A DNA stretch of 49,448 bases from Bacillota bacterium (GTDB lineage Bacteria; Bacillota; UBA4882; UBA8346). This document shows, piece after piece, positions 35,173-46,315 of this stretch; position 1 is the stretch's first letter; each line of letters starts with the position of its first letter. Location of the stretch: assembly GCA_029776595.1 (NCBI GenBank), contig JAKOSX010000040.1, forward strand, positions 1-49,448. Direction: 5' to 3'. The notes under the pieces were generated by a model, which was given only the letters and a program-made list of their open reading frames with translations, was not told where the DNA came from and did not search any database. Both the position numbers and the translations under genes were made by a program.

Positions 35173-37482
35173 ATGAGTCCCAAAAAAAACTACCGACGTT
35201 CGCCGAATGCCGTTGCCAATTATTGGCTTATCGGCATTACCATTTTCATTGGAATTTTATCCGGATTCCTGTTTATCCTGGCATTTACCCTCAACGCCGA
35301 TGTGGAGATTTTACCGCCGCCCAAACGGGCCACGATTTTTTATGATATCCATAAAAAAGAATATACCCGGATCTATGTTGAAAACCGTTTGGAAGTGCCG
35401 TTGCAAAAGATACCGGACAACCTTAAAAAAGCCATTATCAACGTGGAAGATGCCCGTTTTTTCGAACATTCGGGCATTGATCTGCGGGCTATCGCCCGGG
35501 CGCTCTGGGTCGATATCAAAGGTGGCGGATATATCGAAGGTGGCAGCACCATCACCCAACAGTTGGCCCGCAATATTCTTTTGACCCAAAAAAAAGCCAT
35601 TACCCGAAAGATCCAGGAAGTTTTCCTGGCCATGAAGATCGAACGGAATTACACCAAAGAAGAAATTTTGGAACGTTATCTGAACCAGATCTATCTTGGC
35701 CACGGAACCTACGGGGTGGAAGCAGCCTCCCGTTTATATTTTGGCAAAAGCGTCACTCAGCTTGAATTGCACCAAATTGCCCTCTTAGCCGGGCTGCCTA
35801 AAAGCCCCAACGGTTACTCGCCGTACTCGAACCCGACGGGGGCCAAGCAACGGCGCAACGTGGTCCTTAGTCAAATGGCCAAATACGGTTCCATCTCTCA
35901 GGCCCAGGCCGAATTGTATAAGAAGAAACCGCTGGACGTGGTTCCTCTGGCTGCCTCCAAACGCAAAGCAGCCTATTTTATCGACTATGTCATCCGGAAA
36001 CTGGAAGGGACCATCGATGAAGAATCCCTGTATACCGGCGGGTATCAAGTCTATACCACCATTGATCCTTTGGTGCAGGAAGCTGCGAACGAAGCCGTCG
36101 CCACGTTAACCGGAGGCACGCCGGACGCATTGGGCGTCCTTCAGCCCCAAATCGCATTGGTGGCCGTTGATCCCCGGACCGGGTACATCAAGGCCATGAT
36201 CGGCGGCAGGGATTTCAGCAACACTCAGTTAAACCGGGCCGTTTACGCCTACCGCCAACCGGGGTCAACCATTAAACCGTTTGTCTATACGACGGCATTG
36301 GAAAGCAAATCCTATACTCCCAACTCTGTCATTGTGGACGAACCGGTCAGTTATCCGTCGGCCAACGGAAAATTGTGGGCACCTCAAAACTATGACCGCC
36401 AATTCCGTGGCCCCATCACGTTGCGCCGGGCATTGGAGGAATCCGTCAATACGGTCACCGTTAAATTAGTGGAACAATTGGGCCCCAGCAAAGTGATCTC
36501 CGTTGCCAAGCAAATGGGTTTAAAGAGCCTGGTCGTCAGCGGCCCTACCAATGACCTTAACCTGGCCGCCATGGCCTTGGGCGGTTTAACCAAAGGCGTA
36601 ACCCCGTTGGAACTGACTATGGCCTATACGCCTCTGGCCAATCAGGGCATCAAAGTGGAGCCCATTGCCGTCCTGGAAGTTCGGGACGCTGACGGCAACG
36701 TCATCTTCGAAGACCGGCCCCGTAAAAAGGTGGCCATTTCGGAGACAACTGCGTATATGATCACCGACATGCTCCGTGGCGTCATCATGCGGGGTACCGG
36801 AAGAGCGGCCATGCTGGACCGTCCGGCCGCCGGCAAGACCGGAACGACCAACGACAATACCAACGCCTGGTTCGTCGGATATACACCGGACTTATTGGCC
36901 ACGGTCTGGATCGGCAATGACAGTCAGAATAAGCCCATCCGCATCAACGGAGTCAGCGTGGGCAGCGGCCGGGCTGCCGCCATTTGGGCAACCTTCATGC
37001 GGAAGGCTTTGGCCAACACGCCGCCGTCGGATTTTGTCCCTCCGGCCCAGATGGTTACGGAGATCGAAATCTGCAGTATCAGTGGACAATTGGCGACTCC
37101 CAACTGTCCTGAAGTTAAATACGAATCATTCTTGCCGGGGACCGAACCGACGGAGAACTGTCAGGTTCACAATCCTGCACCGTTTGTACCGGGATACGCA
37201 CCCACTTCGCCAAATCAACCGGCTTCGCCTGCCCCGGCTCCGAGCGGTAATCCGTCAGGCCTGATACCGGCTCCCAATCCCAATACAACCGATCAACCGA
37301 CGCAATCCAAACCTGCGCCGGCCCCGACCCCGGCTCCCAAGCGCCACCGGGTCATCGTCAAAATCTGTTCGGAAAGCGGACTCCTCGCCACCCCCTACTG
37401 TCCCGACGGCCTGACGGTAGCCGAGATCTTCGTCGAAGGCGAAGAACCGAGAAGCTACTGCAATATCCATAAAGAACATTAA
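35173..37482 (+). CDS. Class A penicillin-binding protein (glycosyltransferase plus transpeptidase) with C-terminal Cys/Pro-rich extension
   Basis: ATG 35173 with GGGAGGAG RBS; track ORF 35083 extends upstream without an RBS. GT51 motifs EDARFFEH and RKIQE. Transpeptidase motifs STIKP, SVN and KTGTT. Confidence 0.9.
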   Translation: MSPKKNYRRSPNAVANYWLIGITIFIGILSGFLFILAFTLNADVEILPPPKRATIFYDIHKKEYTRIYVENRLEVPLQKIPDNLKKAIINVEDARFFEHSGIDLRAIARALWVDIKGGGYIEGGSTITQQLARNILLTQKKAITRKIQEVFLAMKIERNYTKEEILERYLNQIYLGHGTYGVEAASRLYFGKSVTQLELHQIALLAGLPKSPNGYSPYSNPTGAKQRRNVVLSQMAKYGSISQAQAELYKKKPLDVVPLAASKRKAAYFIDYVIRKLEGTIDEESLYTGGYQVYTTIDPLVQEAANEAVATLTGGTPDALGVLQPQIALVAVDPRTGYIKAMIGGRDFSNTQLNRAVYAYRQPGSTIKPFVYTTALESKSYTPNSVIVDEPVSYPSANGKLWAPQNYDRQFRGPITLRRALEESVNTVTVKLVEQLGPSKVISVAKQMGLKSLVVSGPTNDLNLAAMALGGLTKGVTPLELTMAYTPLANQGIKVEPIAVLEVRDADGNVIFEDRPRKKVAISETTAYMITDMLRGVIMRGTGRAAMLDRPAAGKTGTTNDNTNAWFVGYTPDLLATVWIGNDSQNKPIRINGVSVGSGRAAAIWATFMRKALANTPPSDFVPPAQMVTEIEICSISGQLATPNCPEVKYESFLPGTEPTENCQVHNPAPFVPGYAPTSPNQPASPAPAPSGNPSGLIPAPNPNTTDQPTQSKPAPAPTPAPKRHRVIVKICSESGLLATPYCPDGLTVAEIFVEGEEPRSYCNIHKEH

Positions 37483-37506
37483 AAAGAACCCTTACGGGTT
37501 CTTTTT
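37481..37506. terminator. Bidirectional Rho-independent terminator shared by the PBP gene and mutS2
   Basis: 11-bp stem AAAAAGAACCC/GGGTTCTTTTT with loop TTAC. It abuts both stop codons. Confidence 0.75.
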
Positions 37507-39865
37507 ATTTCAACTCCACCACCGACGCGCCCAGGCCGCCTTCATTTTGTTCCGCAAAGGCGACGGAACGCACCATCGGATGGTCTTTTAAATATTTCTG
37601 GACGGCCTGCCGTAAGGCGCCGGTGCCTTTTCCGTGAACAATTCTGACTCGTTTCAGGCCGGCCATGATCGCCTGATCCAGATACTTTTCCAGCTCATAC
37701 AGGGCTTCGTCCACCGTCAGACCTCTCAAACTCAGCTCAGCGCTGATATGCTGGGCCGTCTCCATGCCGGTGGTGCCGGTCTTGCCGAGCATTTTCTCCC
37801 CTTTTTCCGGGACCGCTTCCGCAACCAGTTCCAAGTCGTCCAAAGCGATCGAAAGTTTCATGATCCCCACCTGGACCAAAGCGCTGTTGGCTTCCAATGC
37901 CAAGACGGTTCCTTCTTGATCCACGGTTAAAACCCTTACCCTACTGCCCACCTTCACTTGGCCCGGTTTCGGGCGGCTTGTCCGTTGAGGTTTCTCGGGT
38001 TTTTCCTCAAGTTTGGCGATTTTCTCGCTAATTTGCTTCCGGGCTTGATTGGCAACGGCCTTGGCCTGATCGGGAGCGGCTTCCCGCAATTGCCGGAGTA
38101 AATTTTCACTTTCCCGCCGGGCTTCGATCAACAGTTCCCGGGCTTCCGCCCTGGCCTGCCGGAGCAACTCCTCTTTTTCCTGCTTTAACTTGTTTAATTC
38201 CGCCTCGTATCGCCTCTTGAAGGCTTCCCCTTTGGCACGGGCCTCTTCGCTCACCCGGCGGTCTTCCCGGGCTTTACGTCGATCGTTCTCGATATCCCGG
38301 AGCATGGCCTCAACCTGGGCCGTCTCCTCGGAAATATATTGTTTGGCTTGCTCCACCAGAAATTCGGGCAAACCCAGTTTCAGGGCGATCTGAAACGCTT
38401 GGCTGCTGCCGGGAAGCCCGATGTTCAGATGGTAGGTTGGCCGTAAGGTGGCCAGGTCAAATTCGACGGAGGCATTTTGGATTCCTTCGGTCTTATAGGC
38501 AAACGCCTTTAATTCGCTGTAATGGGTGGTGGCTACAGTGCGAACGCCCAAACTGTGCAAATGGGTGAGGATGCTCATGGCCAACGCCGCCCCTTCCGAC
38601 GGATCCGTCCCGGCGCCTAATTCATCCAAAAGCACCAGACAGCCGGAATCGGTGGCCTCTTCAAGAATACGGACAATCTGCGTCATATGGGCGGAAAAGG
38701 TGGAAAGGCTTTGCTCAATGCTTTGTTCGTCACCGATGTCGCAGAAAATCCGGTCAAAGACGGCAACCTTGGAGCCGAACAATGCCGGAATGTGCAGTCC
38801 CGACTGGGCCATCAGCGTCAGTAACCCCACCGTCTTTAATGTCACTGTTTTTCCGCCGGTATTGGGTCCGGTAATGACCAACGTATCAAAATCCTTCCCA
38901 AGATACACCGTGATCGGGACCACATTTCCCTTCAGCAGCGGATGCCGGGCCTGCTGCAGTTCAATGATGCCGTCCTGATTGAGTTCAGGTTCAATTCCAC
39001 CGATTTCCAAGCTATAACGGGCTTTTGCAAAAGCCAGGTCCAGCCGGGCCAAGATCTCCACGGAAACCTTAGCCGCTTCGACGATCTCCGCCACTGCCCG
39101 GGACAGTTCGGTCAAGATACGGCGGATCTCCTCTTCCTCTTCATTTTCCAACAACCGGATTTGATTGTTGAGTTCCACCACCGCCATGGGTTCAATGAAT
39201 AGCGTGGCCCCGCTGGACGACTGGTCATGGACGATGCCCGGAAACAAGGAACGGTACTCCTGTTTCACGGGAATCACATAGCGGTCGTTCCGGACGGTTA
39301 CGATAAGGTCCTGCAGATATTTGGCATTTTCGCTGGAGCGGACAATGCTGTCCAGCTTGTCGCGGACCCGGTTTTGATAAATGCGAATCTGGTTGCGAAT
39401 CTCGTGCAGTTTGGGGCTGGCACTGTCCAAGATTTCCCCCTCCGGTCCGATGCACCGTTCGATCTCCCGTTCCAACCGGGGAAAACTTCCCAAACGGCTT
39501 CCCCATTCCGGCAAGATGGCGATATCTTTCCGTTCATGGTCGGGTTTTAAAAATTCCCGCATCAACCGGGAAGCCCGCAACGTGGAGCCAACCGCCAGCA
39601 ACTCGGTGGGCGATAAAACGCCGCCGATGGCAGCCCGCTTCAATTCGCTGCGAATGTCAAATATGCCGCCCAACGGCGGGCGCTCCGAACCGGCCAAATA
39701 ATAGACCGCTTCCGAAGTAATCCGTAAAGCTTCTTGAATCCGTTCCAACGCCGTATACGGCTGAAGCTTTCGAACCAGCTCTTTACCGGCGGACGTCGAA
39801 GCCAACGCCTCCACCCGGCCGATAATTTTATCATATTCCAATGCTTTTAACGTACGTTCATTCAC
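37505..39865 (-). CDS. mutS2: Endonuclease MutS2 (MutS domain plus Smr)
   Basis: 786 aa. Walker A GPNTGGKT. Long coiled coil. C-terminal Smr domain (LRGLTVDEAL...IVHGKGTGALR). GTG start. Confidence 0.95.
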   Translation of the reverse strand: MNERTLKALEYDKIIGRVEALASTSAGKELVRKLQPYTALERIQEALRITSEAVYYLAGSERPPLGGIFDIRSELKRAAIGGVLSPTELLAVGSTLRASRLMREFLKPDHERKDIAILPEWGSRLGSFPRLEREIERCIGPEGEILDSASPKLHEIRNQIRIYQNRVRDKLDSIVRSSENAKYLQDLIVTVRNDRYVIPVKQEYRSLFPGIVHDQSSSGATLFIEPMAVVELNNQIRLLENEEEEEIRRILTELSRAVAEIVEAAKVSVEILARLDLAFAKARYSLEIGGIEPELNQDGIIELQQARHPLLKGNVVPITVYLGKDFDTLVITGPNTGGKTVTLKTVGLLTLMAQSGLHIPALFGSKVAVFDRIFCDIGDEQSIEQSLSTFSAHMTQIVRILEEATDSGCLVLLDELGAGTDPSEGAALAMSILTHLHSLGVRTVATTHYSELKAFAYKTEGIQNASVEFDLATLRPTYHLNIGLPGSSQAFQIALKLGLPEFLVEQAKQYISEETAQVEAMLRDIENDRRKAREDRRVSEEARAKGEAFKRRYEAELNKLKQEKEELLRQARAEARELLIEARRESENLLRQLREAAPDQAKAVANQARKQISEKIAKLEEKPEKPQRTSRPKPGQVKVGSRVRVLTVDQEGTVLALEANSALVQVGIMKLSIALDDLELVAEAVPEKGEKMLGKTGTTGMETAQHISAELSLRGLTVDEALYELEKYLDQAIMAGLKRVRIVHGKGTGALRQAVQKYLKDHPMVRSVAFAEQNEGGLGASVVELK

Positions 39866-39954
39866 CTTTGTCCGACTCTCCCTTTCGCAATACCCTCATT
39901 ATACCATTTCTCTCCCGGCTTGAAAGGAAGAAAATCATAACCAGACATACCGGG

Positions 39955-39986
39955 ATAAAAAAGCTGCCTCCCGTGGGAGACAGCTT
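39955..39986 (-). terminator. Rho-independent terminator after lon
   Basis: 10-bp stem (one G-U pair) at 39961..39986, followed by a T-run on the minus strand. Confidence 0.7.
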
Positions 39987-39991
39987 CCACA

Positions 39992-42373
39992 TCAACCGAC
40001 GGATACTGCTTGAATCTTAGGCACCAGGGCTTCGCGCCACACTTCATCCATGGAATCTACCAGGACTATTTCGATTTCCGCCGCAATATTGGCCGGTATC
40101 TCTTCCAAATCTTTCTTGTTCTCCTTGGGCACCAAAACCTTCTTAATGCCGCCTCGGTGGGCCGCCAGAACCTTCTCTTTCAAACCGCCGATGGGAAGTA
40201 CCCTGCCTCGCAGGGTGATTTCTCCGGTCATGGCGACTTCTTTGCGGACCGGCCGGTCGGTCAGGGCCGAAACGATGGCAGTGGCGATGGTGATTCCGGC
40301 AGAAGGACCGTCTTTGGGGATGGCTCCTTCGGGCACATGAATATGCACATCATAACGTTCATGGAAATCTTCCTCGATCCCCAATTCCTTGGCGCGGGAA
40401 CGAATATAACTGAAGGCCGCCTGCGCGGATTCCCGCATCACTTCGCCTAATTTTCCGGTGAGAATCAGCGTCCCTTTCCCTTTCACCAGCGAAACTTCGA
40501 CGGACAGAATATCACCGCCGACTTCCGTCCACGCCAAACCGGTGGCTAAGCCCACCTGATCGGTGGTTTCGGCCAAATTATACCGGTATTTGGGGGCTCC
40601 CAGGAATTTTTCAAGATTCTTCGGAGTTACCCGCACCGTCCGTTTGGTCCCTTGCACAATTTCTTTGGTCGCTTTCCGGCACAGATTGGCCAATTGCCGT
40701 TCCAAACCGCGGACGCCGGATTCCCGGGTGTATTTATTGATAATCTGGTGCAACACGTCATCCGAAACCACCAACGTCTTCTTGCTGAGCCCGTGTTCTT
40801 TCGCCTGCTTCGGCAGCAAGTGGCGTTTAGCGATCTCCACTTTTTCCGCTTCCGTATATCCGGACAATTGAATCACTTCCATCCGGTCCAGCAACGGTCG
40901 GGGAATGGTATGATAAACGTTGGCTGTCGTCATAAAAAGCACTTTGGAAAGGTCAAAAGGGATCTCCAGATAGTGATCGCCAAAGTTGCTGTTTTGCTCC
41001 GGATCCAGCACTTCCAGCAGAGCGGCGGAAGGGTCGCCGCGGAAATCCGTGCTCATTTTGTCGATTTCATCCAGTAAAATCACAGGATTGCGGGAACCGG
41101 CCTGTTTCATGATTTGAATGATCTTCCCGGGCATCGCTCCGACATAGGTGCGACGATGGCCTCGAATCTCCGCTTCATCCCGGACACCGCCCAATGAAAA
41201 ACGGACGAACTTCCGGTTGAGCGCCCGAGCCACCGATTTGGCAAGGGAGGTTTTTCCCACGCCGGGAGGCCCAATCAAACACAAGATCGGCCCTTTCAAT
41301 TCCTTGGTCAGCTGACATACGGCCAAATACTCGAGGATCCGTTCTTTCACCTTTTCAAGACCGAAATGATCTTCGTTCAAAATGGCCTCCGCCGCCTGGA
41401 TATCCAAACGGTCCTCCGTCAGCGTATTCCAAGGGAGCGACATCACCCAGTCGATATAATTGCGGACCACGACTGCTTCGGCAGCCAGCGGCGGCATCTT
41501 GGCCAACCGTTCCAGCTCTTTTTTCACCTTTTCGTCGGCTTCTTTGGGAAGATTCAGTTCGGCCAGTTTAGCACGGAGTTCTTCCACCTCTGCCGCACGC
41601 TCGTCCGCTTCACCCAATTCTTTCTGGATAGCTTTCATCTGCTCGCGGAGATAGTATTCCTTTTGTGTCTTCTCCATCTGTTTCCGAACGCGAAGATGAA
41701 TCTTCCGCTCCAGCTCCAGAATGTCGATTTCTTTCATTAAAATGCCGCAGAGGGTCTCCAACCGCTCTTTGGCCGAAAACGCTTCCAAGATGCTCTGTTT
41801 CTCTTCCACTTTCAAATTGAGATGGGAAGCAATGACATCGGCCAGCCGGGCCGGATCATCGATGGCCAGTACCGAGCTTAAAACCTCCGGCGGGCTTTTC
41901 TTATTCAATTTAGTATATTGCTCAAAATGAAACAACGTCGAACGGACCAACGCTTCGATCTCGCTGTCTTTTTCATTGGTCTCTTCCACTTGGGCCAAAC
42001 GCACCGCGTAATACGGGTCAAAATGCAAATACTCAACGATCCGGACCCGATAAAGCCCTTCCACCAACACCCGGATGGTCCCGTCCGGCAGTTTCAAAAG
42101 CTGCTTAATCTCGGCCACCGTGCCGACGGAAAAAATGTCATCCTGGTCCGGTTCATTGACTTTCGCTTGACGTTGGGCAGCCAAGACGATTAATCGCTCA
42201 TTTACCATTGCGGCTTCCAAGGCATTGATGGACTTCTCACGGCCGACATCCAACGGCACGACCATATATGGAAACACGATCATTCCACGTAACGGCAGCA
42301 AAGGCAAGGTTTCTTTAAAAGATACCGGGGCACGTTCCCGTTCCTCTTGACTCAACAATGATGCCACCTCCAT
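39992..42373 (-). CDS. lon: ATP-dependent Lon protease (endopeptidase La)
   Basis: 793 aa. LPLLPLRG N-domain. Walker [10 protein letters not shown]. Protease site [14 protein letters not shown]. The start may instead be TTG 42358, 6 nt after an in-frame GGAGGTG. Confidence 0.95.
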   Translation of the reverse strand: MEVASLLSQEERERAPVSFKETLPLLPLRGMIVFPYMVVPLDVGREKSINALEAAMVNERLIVLAAQRQAKVNEPDQDDIFSVGTVAEIKQLLKLPDGTIRVLVEGLYRVRIVEYLHFDPYYAVRLAQVEETNEKDSEIEALVRSTLFHFEQYTKLNKKSPPEVLSSVLAIDDPARLADVIASHLNLKVEEKQSILEAFSAKERLETLCGILMKEIDILELERKIHLRVRKQMEKTQKEYYLREQMKAIQKELGEADERAAEVEELRAKLAELNLPKEADEKVKKELERLAKMPPLAAEAVVVRNYIDWVMSLPWNTLTEDRLDIQAAEAILNEDHFGLEKVKERILEYLAVCQLTKELKGPILCLIGPPGVGKTSLAKSVARALNRKFVRFSLGGVRDEAEIRGHRRTYVGAMPGKIIQIMKQAGSRNPVILLDEIDKMSTDFRGDPSAALLEVLDPEQNSNFGDHYLEIPFDLSKVLFMTTANVYHTIPRPLLDRMEVIQLSGYTEAEKVEIAKRHLLPKQAKEHGLSKKTLVVSDDVLHQIINKYTRESGVRGLERQLANLCRKATKEIVQGTKRTVRVTPKNLEKFLGAPKYRYNLAETTDQVGLATGLAWTEVGGDILSVEVSLVKGKGTLILTGKLGEVMRESAQAAFSYIRSRAKELGIEEDFHERYDVHIHVPEGAIPKDGPSAGITIATAIVSALTDRPVRKEVAMTGEITLRGRVLPIGGLKEKVLAAHRGGIKKVLVPKENKKDLEEIPANIAAEIEIVLVDSMDEVWREALVPKIQAVSVG

Positions 42374-42562
42374 ATTTGATTACGTTACCTCATCCTGAAA
42401 TCTGGTTCATCCCGGTTTAACACTGTATCTGCTACCGAACACTTAGATCAGGACAGTACGCTGTTTCAAAAAATCATGAAAGGTTAATTTCGCGTTCCGT
42501 TGCCGAGTTCCTTTCAGTAATTATTGGAGAAATCACCATATCTTTAGGGGTTTTTGGCACAA

Positions 42563-44470
42563 TTACCCCATGGCGGCCAATTCTTCCTGGAGGATTTCCC
42601 ATTGGTGATATAAGGTTTCCAATCTCGCTTCAACCTCGGCGAACTCAGCGGACAACGCCGCACTTTGTTGATAATCGTTATGGACGGCCGGATCATTGAG
42701 CAATTGATAGAGTTCAGCGCGGCGGCGTTCCGTTTTTTCAATTTCAGATTCCGTATCGGCCAACTCCCGTTGTTTCCGCCGCAATTGGCGTTGGAATTCT
42801 TTGGTGTTTTCCCGATAAATCTGGGTTTGGGTCTTCGGCTTTTCCGAACTTTCATCCTTCATTTCCGCCCGACTCTTTTTCCAGGCGACATAGGCTTCAT
42901 AATCGGCGAAAGGCAAAAGTTGGCCGTCAACCAGTGCCACATAACGGTCCACCACTTTTTGGAGAAAATAGCAATCATGAGAGACTACCAACACCGTGTT
43001 ATCAGTCTCCGCCAGCGCCCTTTCCACAACTTCAATGGATGCCAAATCCAAATGGTTGGTCGGTTCGTCCAAGATGAGAAAATTGGCCCCGGAGAGCATC
43101 AACTTGATGAGTCCCAGCCGACGCCGTTCGCCGCCGCTTAAGTCGGCCACATTTTTAAAAACGTTATCCCCGCTGAACAGAAAACGGCCGAGAATGGTCC
43201 GTGCCTCGGTATTGGTCAGATCCGCTGCCGCCATAATTTGGCTGAACGGAGTTCCCTCCATCATATCGTTGTCCAACTGGGAAAAATAACCCGGCCGAAT
43301 CTCGTACCCTAAGCGGATTTCGCCGGAGTCCGGCATCTCCAGTCCCATGATCATCTTTAACAAGGTGGTTTTCCCAACACCGTTGGGGCCAATCAGACCG
43401 ATCTTCTCCCCGGCTTCCACTTTCAGATGGGCCTGGTTTAAAATAACCTTGTCGCCAAAGCGTTTGGAAAGCCGGATACACTCAAGGACATTCCGGGAGC
43501 CCGACGGACCGCTTTCAAACTTAAATCGCAAGGTCTTATCGTCTTTAAGGGGTTTCTCCACCCGGTCCATATGGAGCAGGCGTTTCTCAATGCTGTGGGC
43601 TTTTCGTTTGCTTTTTTCGGTGGCCCGGGATTCCCGTACAAATTTCTCCAGACGGCTGATTTCCTTCTCCTGCTTTTCATAAGCCCGGAGCATGCTTTGA
43701 TATTCGGCTTCCTTCTGGGCCCGATACTCGCTGTAATTGCCCCGGTACCGTTTTATACGGCCAAATTCCATTTCCAAGAAGCCCTGAACCACCTTGTCCA
43801 GGAAATACCGATCATGGGAGACCAGAAGCACTGCGCCTCTATAGGTGGCCAGAAATTCCTCCAGCCACTCGACGGCCTCAATATCCAGATAGTTGGTGGG
43901 CTCGTCCAAAAATAACAAATCGTAAGTTTTTAGCAGCAACCGGGCCAGACCCAAGCGGGTCCGTTCCCCGCCGCTCAATACGGCAACGGAATCATGCCAA
44001 CGTTCCTGGGGAAATCCCAACCCCCGCAAGACACCCTGAATCCTGCCTTCCACCTGATATCCGCCGGCCGCTGCAGACTTCTCCGTCAACGCATGATGTT
44101 GTTCCACCAATTCCCGTAGCCGGCTCTCGGAAATACCTACCTGATCCATCTGCCGCTGCAGGTCGTTGAGCTGATCCTGCAGCCGGTCCAGATCACTGAA
44201 AATACTCCGTAACTCCTGATAGACCGTAACGTTTTCATTAAAGTCCAATATTTGCGGAAGATAACCAAATGTATGATTTTGGGCCCAATGAATCTCACCC
44301 CGGTCATAATCTTCCGTGCCCGTCAAAATATGGATTAACGTGGTTTTTCCGCATCCGTTTCTTCCGATTAACCCCAGCTTTTCGCCGGGCTGTATCTCAA
44401 AAGAAAGATCTTCAAACACCCGATCGGATCCGTAATATTTGGTTAAACCTTTTACCTGTAATAAAGCCAT
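42563..44470 (-). CDS. ABC-F family ATPase (two ABC domains, no TM domain, C-terminal coiled coil)
   Basis: Walker A GRNGCGKTT and GPNGVGKTT. Signature motifs LSGGERTR and LSGGERRR. ATG 44470 (MALLQVKGL...) follows an AAGAGG RBS. The longer track ORF would overlap lepB. Confidence 0.9.
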   Translation of the reverse strand: MALLQVKGLTKYYGSDRVFEDLSFEIQPGEKLGLIGRNGCGKTTLIHILTGTEDYDRGEIHWAQNHTFGYLPQILDFNENVTVYQELRSIFSDLDRLQDQLNDLQRQMDQVGISESRLRELVEQHHALTEKSAAAGGYQVEGRIQGVLRGLGFPQERWHDSVAVLSGGERTRLGLARLLLKTYDLLFLDEPTNYLDIEAVEWLEEFLATYRGAVLLVSHDRYFLDKVVQGFLEMEFGRIKRYRGNYSEYRAQKEAEYQSMLRAYEKQEKEISRLEKFVRESRATEKSKRKAHSIEKRLLHMDRVEKPLKDDKTLRFKFESGPSGSRNVLECIRLSKRFGDKVILNQAHLKVEAGEKIGLIGPNGVGKTTLLKMIMGLEMPDSGEIRLGYEIRPGYFSQLDNDMMEGTPFSQIMAAADLTNTEARTILGRFLFSGDNVFKNVADLSGGERRRLGLIKLMLSGANFLILDEPTNHLDLASIEVVERALAETDNTVLVVSHDCYFLQKVVDRYVALVDGQLLPFADYEAYVAWKKSRAEMKDESSEKPKTQTQIYRENTKEFQRQLRRKQRELADTESEIEKTERRRAELYQLLNDPAVHNDYQQSAALSAEFAEVEARLETLYHQWEILQEELAAMG

Positions 44471-44490
44471 CCTCTTACCCCAAAGCACCG

Positions 44491-45054
44491 TTAGTGAATT
44501 ATTCCCATCCTGTGAATGGGCCAAAAACGCCACCAGGCTTTCCCCTTGATATTCTCAAAAGGCACCGGTCCCCAATACCGGCTGTCCTGGCTGTTATTGC
44601 GGTTATCGCCCATAACAAATAGATGACCTTCGGGAATCCGATAAGACGGAAAGTCATGAATCGGAGCCCGGTCCGGAGTGATAAACGGCTCCTCCAAAGG
44701 CTCATCGTTGATATAAACCACGCCTTTTTTGATGCTTATGGTCTCTCCGGGCAAGCCAATAATGCGTTTGACATAATCATCTTTGGAACCGGCTGCTTCC
44801 GGAGGCCTGAAAACAATGATGTCAAAACGTTGGGGTTCATGGAACCAATACGCCGTTTTATTCGAAAGGAACCGGTCCTGCACTTCGATGGTAGGTACCA
44901 TGGAGGGCGAAGGGACAAACCGTGACTCCAAAAAGAACGTGTGTATGATGAGAAACAAAACCACCGCCGGAACTATAACTTCGATGACGTCTTTGACAAA
45001 CCGCCCCATGGTATACTCCTCTTTCTCGTTTTTTGAATCAGACTTGGATGCCAT
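44491..45054 (-). CDS. lepB: Signal peptidase I
   Basis: Boxes PSPSMVPT, KRIIGLPGE and GDNRNNSQDSR. ATG 45054 lies 6 nt after GAGGGG. The track start at 45069 has no RBS. Confidence 0.85.
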   Translation of the reverse strand: MASKSDSKNEKEEYTMGRFVKDVIEVIVPAVVLFLIIHTFFLESRFVPSPSMVPTIEVQDRFLSNKTAYWFHEPQRFDIIVFRPPEAAGSKDDYVKRIIGLPGETISIKKGVVYINDEPLEEPFITPDRAPIHDFPSYRIPEGHLFVMGDNRNNSQDSRYWGPVPFENIKGKAWWRFWPIHRMGIIH

Positions 45055-45140
45055 CCGAATCCCCCTCATCCAATCATCACATTACATTTCTTTTTCCATT
45101 ATCCATTATTTCAGCAGGTTTATTATAACATATTGCAACA

Positions 45141-45163
45141 AAGCCGCAAACACGTTGCGGCTT
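45141..45163 (-). terminator. Possible terminator hairpin after the deacetylase gene
   Basis: 9-bp stem AAGCCGCAA/TTGCGGCTT with a 5-nt loop. The downstream tail is only moderately T-rich (TGTTGCAAT). Confidence 0.4.
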
Positions 45164-45172
45164 AATCCGGTT

Positions 45173-45925
45173 TCAGCGGGGATCATTTCGTCCCGGCGTC
45201 CCGTTCTCCATCAATTGCGACAAGGTCACCAGTTTATAGCCTTTCGCCCGTAGCCCTTTGATGATCCCCGGCAAAGCCAGATGGATTTCCTTACTGGAAT
45301 CGCTGGCATGGCATAAAATCACCGCTCCCGGAAAAACCTTTTTCAAGACCCTTTCCACCATATAGTCCGGTCCGGGGTTCTTCCAATCCAATGAATCCAC
45401 CGCCCAAATTACTGTTTCATATCCCAATTCCCGGGCCGTATCGATAACCAGGTCGTCATAATCGCCGTTGGGCGGCCGAAAGAACGGCGCCACCCGCGGG
45501 ACGACGGAAAGCAAATCCTGATGTGCCTTGGCAATATTTTGGCGCACCGCCTCTTTCGGATATTCGCTGAGGTTCACATGGCGGTCGCCGTGACTGGCGA
45601 TCTCATGCCCTTGCTCGTAAATCATCCGGACGGCCTCCGAATGCCGGACGGCCCAGGGCCCGGAAAGAAAAAACGTGGCCGGAACCTGGTATTCTTTTAG
45701 TATCTGCAATACCTTGGGCAATGTCTGCTCACCCCAGCTGATGTCGAAAGTCAGCGTCACTTCCTGCGCCTTTTTCTGCACATAGAAAATGGGCATTTCT
45801 TTCGCTGCCGGTCCGGTCACCGGCGATACAGGCATCAAAAACCGGCCGTTCAGAAAACCCAACCCATAAATAAGGGCCAACATCCCGAGGCATACCACGC
45901 TTTTTTTCAATACGACGATTTTCAC
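45173..45925 (-). CDS. pdaB: Polysaccharide deacetylase family protein, PdaB-like (sporulation type)
   Basis: NodB motifs TFDISWG and HGDRH. GTG 45925 lies 6 nt after GAGGTG. The longer track ORF (to 45994) runs into the hup terminator. Confidence 0.7.
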   Translation of the reverse strand: MKIVVLKKSVVCLGMLALIYGLGFLNGRFLMPVSPVTGPAAKEMPIFYVQKKAQEVTLTFDISWGEQTLPKVLQILKEYQVPATFFLSGPWAVRHSEAVRMIYEQGHEIASHGDRHVNLSEYPKEAVRQNIAKAHQDLLSVVPRVAPFFRPPNGDYDDLVIDTARELGYETVIWAVDSLDWKNPGPDYMVERVLKKVFPGAVILCHASDSSKEIHLALPGIIKGLRAKGYKLVTLSQLMENGTPGRNDPR

Positions 45926-45993
45926 CGTTCTCACCTCGGTTATCTTTATTCCATACATCGAAAAGAAAGAACACCGGGGGAATATCCATCGCA

Positions 45994-46022
45994 ATAAAAA
46001 AGATGGGCCGTAAGGCCCATCT
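45994..46022 (-). terminator. Rho-independent terminator after hup
   Basis: 9-bp GC-rich stem AGATGGGCC/GGCCCATCT with loop GTAA, followed by TTTTTTAT on the minus strand. Confidence 0.8.
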
Positions 46023-46036
46023 TATTTTTAAAGGTA

Positions 46037-46315
46037 TTACTTCTTGGCTACAGCGTCTTTTAAAGCTTTTCCAGCCTTGAATACCGGAACCTTTCTTGCT
46101 GCGATTTTAATCTCAACACCCGTTTGAGGATTGCGTCCCTTACGAGCTTCCCGTTTCCGTACTTCAAAACTACCAAAGCCGACTAATTGAACCTTTTCAC
46201 CTTTAGCCAAGGCTTGGGTCATCGCGCTGATAAACGCGTCGATCGCTTTCCCGGAATCTTTTTTGGTTAAGCCACTCTTCTCGGCAACCTTGTCGATGAG
46301 TTCGGTTTTGGTCAT
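46037..46315 (-). CDS. hup: DNA-binding protein HU
   Basis: 92 aa. [13 protein letters not shown]...[21 protein letters not shown]...[20 protein letters not shown]. Confidence 0.95.
   Translation of the reverse strand: MTKTELIDKVAEKSGLTKKDSGKAIDAFISAMTQALAKGEKVQLVGFGSFEVRKREARKGRNPQTGVEIKIAARKVPVFKAGKALKDAVAKK

Noticed and set aside
42374-42562. Heat-shock operators (CIRCE or CtsR box) upstream of lon
   Set aside because: I read both strands and found no TTAGCACTC-N9-GAGTGCTAA-like inverted repeat and no tandem GGTCAAA repeat.
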